Source: Guillardia theta CCMP2712 (lineage: Eukaryota; Protista; Cryptophyta). Taken from it: a stretch of 64,000 nt of DNA. The position numbers and the translations under genes are program-made. Of the stretch, positions 60,436-64,000 are shown in pieces. Location: positions 28,013-92,012 of the forward strand of contig NW_005434491.1 of NCBI RefSeq assembly GCF_000315625.1. The letters run 5' to 3'. The notes beneath the pieces were generated by a model. That model made no database searches, was not told where the DNA came from, and saw only the letters and a program-made list of their open reading frames with translations. Within the stretch, counting starts at the first letter, position 1. Each line of letters begins with the position of its first letter.

Positions 60436-63155
60436 ATGCGGCCCTGCGGCGCGTAGGGAGAGCGCAAGGGGACCGGTGGAAGCTGCGAGCAAGAGGTTCA
60501 TATAGTTCAAACAGCTTTCTAAGCATGGTACTACAGTATGATGAGAGCGTTCGCAACCTGCTGTATCGGAGATCATGCCAATACACGCAGGGTGAGCGCT
60601 CAGGAGGCCACGTCGAGGAGGCCGCCGACCTCGTCGAGAAGGTGAAGAACTTCACCAAGCGTTATCCGAATAGTCGGACAGCTTATGCTTGCAGAGCTGA
60701 GGGGGGATGCACTCCCGACGCTATCGCTGAAGCCATCCGCTCGACATGTCGGCAGGCGAGACGCGACCTGTTTGAAGACTCTCTGAGCGAATGGAGCTCA
60801 GAGTCGAAAGCATGGTTTATTCAACAGATGGAGGAGGCCAAGAAGCAGAATGTCGAGACATACATCGGCACCGAAGACACCGAGGGGACCTCCTTCATCT
60901 CCATGACTCTCCTGGGCATCTCCTCGATGTATGTGCGACAAGAAGACAAATTGAAAATGAAGTTGACGGAGCTGGGACTCATAGTAGACTCAGTCGATAG
61001 AGACGACAAGTCCATCATGTGGAAAGCACCTTACAGACCTGAGATAGCACGAGCAGACGACATCTCAGTCACCATCTCCTTCCTTCGGAATGAAGCAGCC
61101 ATCGCACTCTGGCAAGGCAGCAGAGAGTACAGCATGGACGGGCGAGTTTTCAGAGCAACTGAAGTCAGCATTGCACACGACCGGTCGTTCAAGCTCCGAG
61201 CCAAGCGAGGACCTTGGGGCAAGGGAGGGAGCCTTGCCGAGCTATCGCAGCTCCTAGCTCTTGGAGGAATGTCGACGGCGGACATAGCTCGGATCTATCA
61301 ATTCCAACTGATCTCGCAATGTCTCGCTGCGGCAGAGGTACAACCGCTGGCGGGCATGCTCGTGCAGGGTGCTGGGCAGAGAGGTCGCAAGGGGCCGAGC
61401 CCGAAGACGTATGTTGCTGTTCAACGGTTGGAGCAAGCACCGGAGCTCTGCAGCAGAGAGAGCTCGAGTGGGTACTATCCTGCCCATCGACGGCCAGCTG
61501 CGAGCAGACCTTGGCCTCGTTCAGAGAGAGCGAGGCGATGGAGGGGGTGCACCTGACTCTCGTCAGCGACGACGCCAAGCTCAGAGAGACGTTTGCAGTC
61601 GAGCTCACAGCAGACACCTTCGTGCCGAGAGGAAAGATTGCCAAGCAGAGAAAGGTACTTCGCGACAGGGAGCAGGCCAGGCGCGGCAGTTTCAGGGTGC
61701 AGATCAAGTCGAGGTCAAGCATGAGCACAGGCCGCTTCTCGAGGAAGGAGATGAAGCGCTGTGCTGGAGGAGGTTATCACATCGATCACGCGAGTCAAGC
61801 GAGCCATGTTGAGTTAGCAGAAGATACATCAGCTGCAAGCGCTGGCCAGGTAGTGCGAATAGCGGATTATACGCGATCCTCCTCTTTTTTCTTTTTTTCT
61901 CTTTTTTTTCTTTCTCGACGTCNNNNNNNNNNNNNNNNNNNNNNNNNNNNNNNNNNNNNNNNNNNNNNNNNNNNNNNNNNNNNNNNNNNNNNNNNNNNNN
62001 NNNNNNNNNNNNNNNNNNNNNNNNNNNNNNNNNNNNNNNNNNNNNNNNNNNNNNNNNNNNNNNNNNNNNNNNNNNNNNNNNNNNNNNNNNNNNNNNNNNN
62101 NNNNNNNNNNNNNNNNNNNNNNNNNNNNNNNNNNNNNNNNNNNNNNNNNNNNNNNNNNNNNNNNNNNNNNNNNNNNNNNNNNNNNNNNNNNNNNNNNNNN
62201 NNNNNNNNNNNNNNNNNNNNNNNNNNNNNNNNNNNNNNNNNNNNNNNNNNNNNNNNNNNNNNNNNNNNNNNNNNNNNNNNNNNNNNNNNNNNNNNNNNNN
62301 NNNNNNNNNNNNNNNNNNNNNNNNNNNNNNNNNNNNNNNNNNNNNNNNNNNNCGGCGAGCAGCGCTGGACACGGGTGCAAGGGAACAAGGCAGCGAGGAG
62401 GGGCAGCGCCTTCTCTCCAAGGGCAGCAGCGCCGGNNNNNNNNNNNNNNNNNNNNNNNNNNNNNNNNNNNNNNNNNNNNNNNNNNNNNNNNNNNNNNNNN
62501 NNNNNNNNNNNNNNNNNNNNNNNNNNNNNNNNNNNNNNNNNNNNNNNNNNNNNNNNNNNNNNNNNNNNNNNNNNNNNNNNNNNNNNNNNNNNNNNNNNNN
62601 NNNNNNNNNNNNNNNNNNNNNNNNNNNNNNNNNNNNNNNNNNNNNNNNNNNNNNNNNNNNNNNNNNNNNNNNNNNNNNNNNNNNNNNNNNNNNNNNNNNA
62701 GGTAAGCCGGTGGGGGAGGGGGGAGGGGGGGGCGGGGGGGGGAGGAGGGCCCGGGCGGCGACCGGCTGGGCTTTCGGGCCCGGTCGTGACCGAGGCCCGG
62801 GGGAAGGGACGTGAGCCCCAGGGACTCATCCACAACCCACTGCCACCTCACCCATCATCCACTCACCGGCCGAAGGCCGGCCGGAGCACCAACGAGTGCC
62901 GAGGCCGAAGAAGCAACACAAGTTGAAAGCACGGACGACCCATGCCAAGGCCGGCGGAGGCAACTCCACTGGCTGAGGCTGGAGAAGACCACTAAGTACA
63001 TCGGAGGAGAGAGCAGAGCAGAAGCACGGCTGCCATAAGGGCCAGCCAAGTCGGGCCGAACTGCCAGGTCACGAGATCCCTGTTAGACTAGAAAAGGCAA
63101 GGTGATACCAAACCTTGAGATCCTTCCTAGCATTCTAATAAACTCAACTACTACT
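60216..63155 (+). mobile_element. Family 2 ORF1 element (divergent paralog; frameshift ~61420; two assembly gaps)
   Basis: ORF from ATG 60525 homologous to family 1; ends ctagcattctaataaactca(act)3; followed by telomeric 63156-63183. Confidence 0.88.
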
Positions 63156-63183
63156 GTTTAGGGTTTAGGGTTTAGGGTTTAGG

Positions 63184-64000
63184 AAGGCCGCTGGAGTAAC
63201 AGAGAAGGCCGCTGGAGTAACAGACATGCTCTCCTCCCCTGCAGTTTGAGGGGATCCCTGCGAGCTAGGGTGCTGAACAGGATATTTTTCTGTGCAGAAA
63301 CGGTTGTTTGATCATGTGGTATCTATCCAAAGAGGAAAGGAAACAGATTGCTCGTGTCCGAGTTTCCCAGTTCCTAAACAAGGACACGACGCCTTCAGCA
63401 CCTTCGCTAGGAGAGCTGATCCGAAGATTGGAACACTTCGTCAGGCAGTACCCTCAGAGCAGGACAGGCAGAGCCTTGCAGTCCAAGGAAGTCTCGATGA
63501 ACGCCTTAGCCGAAGCCATTCGACAGACCTGCAAACATGCTGAAGTCAGGAGCCAGGAGGATGCCATCAAAGAATGGGGGGAAGAAGGACAGTCGTGGTA
63601 TGTCTCTGCATGGAACGCAGACAAACAAGAGGTACTAGACAAGAGTGCCTGCATCGATGCTTCAGGAGCGTCCCCCGAGAGTGGTAAACTGATTACCATG
63701 GCTATCCTCGGAGTTCCTACCCAGTACATAAAACAAGTTGAGGTACTGTGTGAGAAGTTGAAGGATCAAGGACTCTTGGTGCACGAGGAGCAGGGCAAGA
63801 AATGCATCTCGTGGAGAGCCCCGATCAAGAAAGATTTGATTCCGACAGTGGATGAAATCCCAGTCGTGGCAACACTCCAATTGAACGACGCAGCAGAACT
63901 GCTGTGGAAAGGACAGACGAACTTCAGGATCGACGGAAAGATGATCCGCGCGGTGAACGCGCATTCGAAGCATCCTTGCTCCTCAAGATAAGCCACAATC
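63184..64000 (+). mobile_element. Family 3 ORF1 element (more divergent), cut off by the window end
   Basis: 2x21-bp 5' unit aaggccgctggagtaacaga(g/c); ORF from 63314 with YPQSRT, LAEAIRQTC, ITMAILGV, WRAP, LLWKG, IDGK matching family 1. Confidence 0.85.

Noticed and set aside
61829-62926. Long ORFs spanning 61923-62699
   Set aside because: Artefacts of translating through N gaps and low-quality flanks

Overview
Eukaryotic, intron-rich nuclear DNA. Short GT-AG introns, a signal peptide followed by Phe, an RWP-RK gene and TTTAGGG repeats suggest an alga, probably a cryptophyte such as Guillardia; this is inference only. Bases 1-37 kb are gene-dense: TBC/WD40 Rab-GAP, RPL13A, an FAD monooxygenase, serine palmitoyltransferase LCB2, an unusual voltage-sensing-phosphatase-like fusion with cyclic-nucleotide-binding and GRAM domains, a UBA-UIM-UBX protein, an RWP-RK factor and several hypothetical genes. 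From about 37.8 kb to the end, the window is a head-to-tail array of non-LTR retroelements, each separated by short (TTTAGGG)n tracts, which looks like a subtelomere/telomere with the chromosome end to the right. The array holds one decayed element encoding APE remnant + RT + RNase H-like + CCHC + restriction-like endonuclease (Dualen/RandI-like), five copies of an ORF1-only element (about 2.7 kb when full length) and two divergent ORF1 families. These share a 3' signature (CTAATAAACTCA + trinucleotide tail), a fixed insertion register in the telomeric repeat and a structured 5' leader. This looks like a telomere-targeted, two-component (HeT-A/TART-analogous) retrotransposon system. It also shows apparent telomerase-healing scars and a nested TIR element with no target-site duplication.
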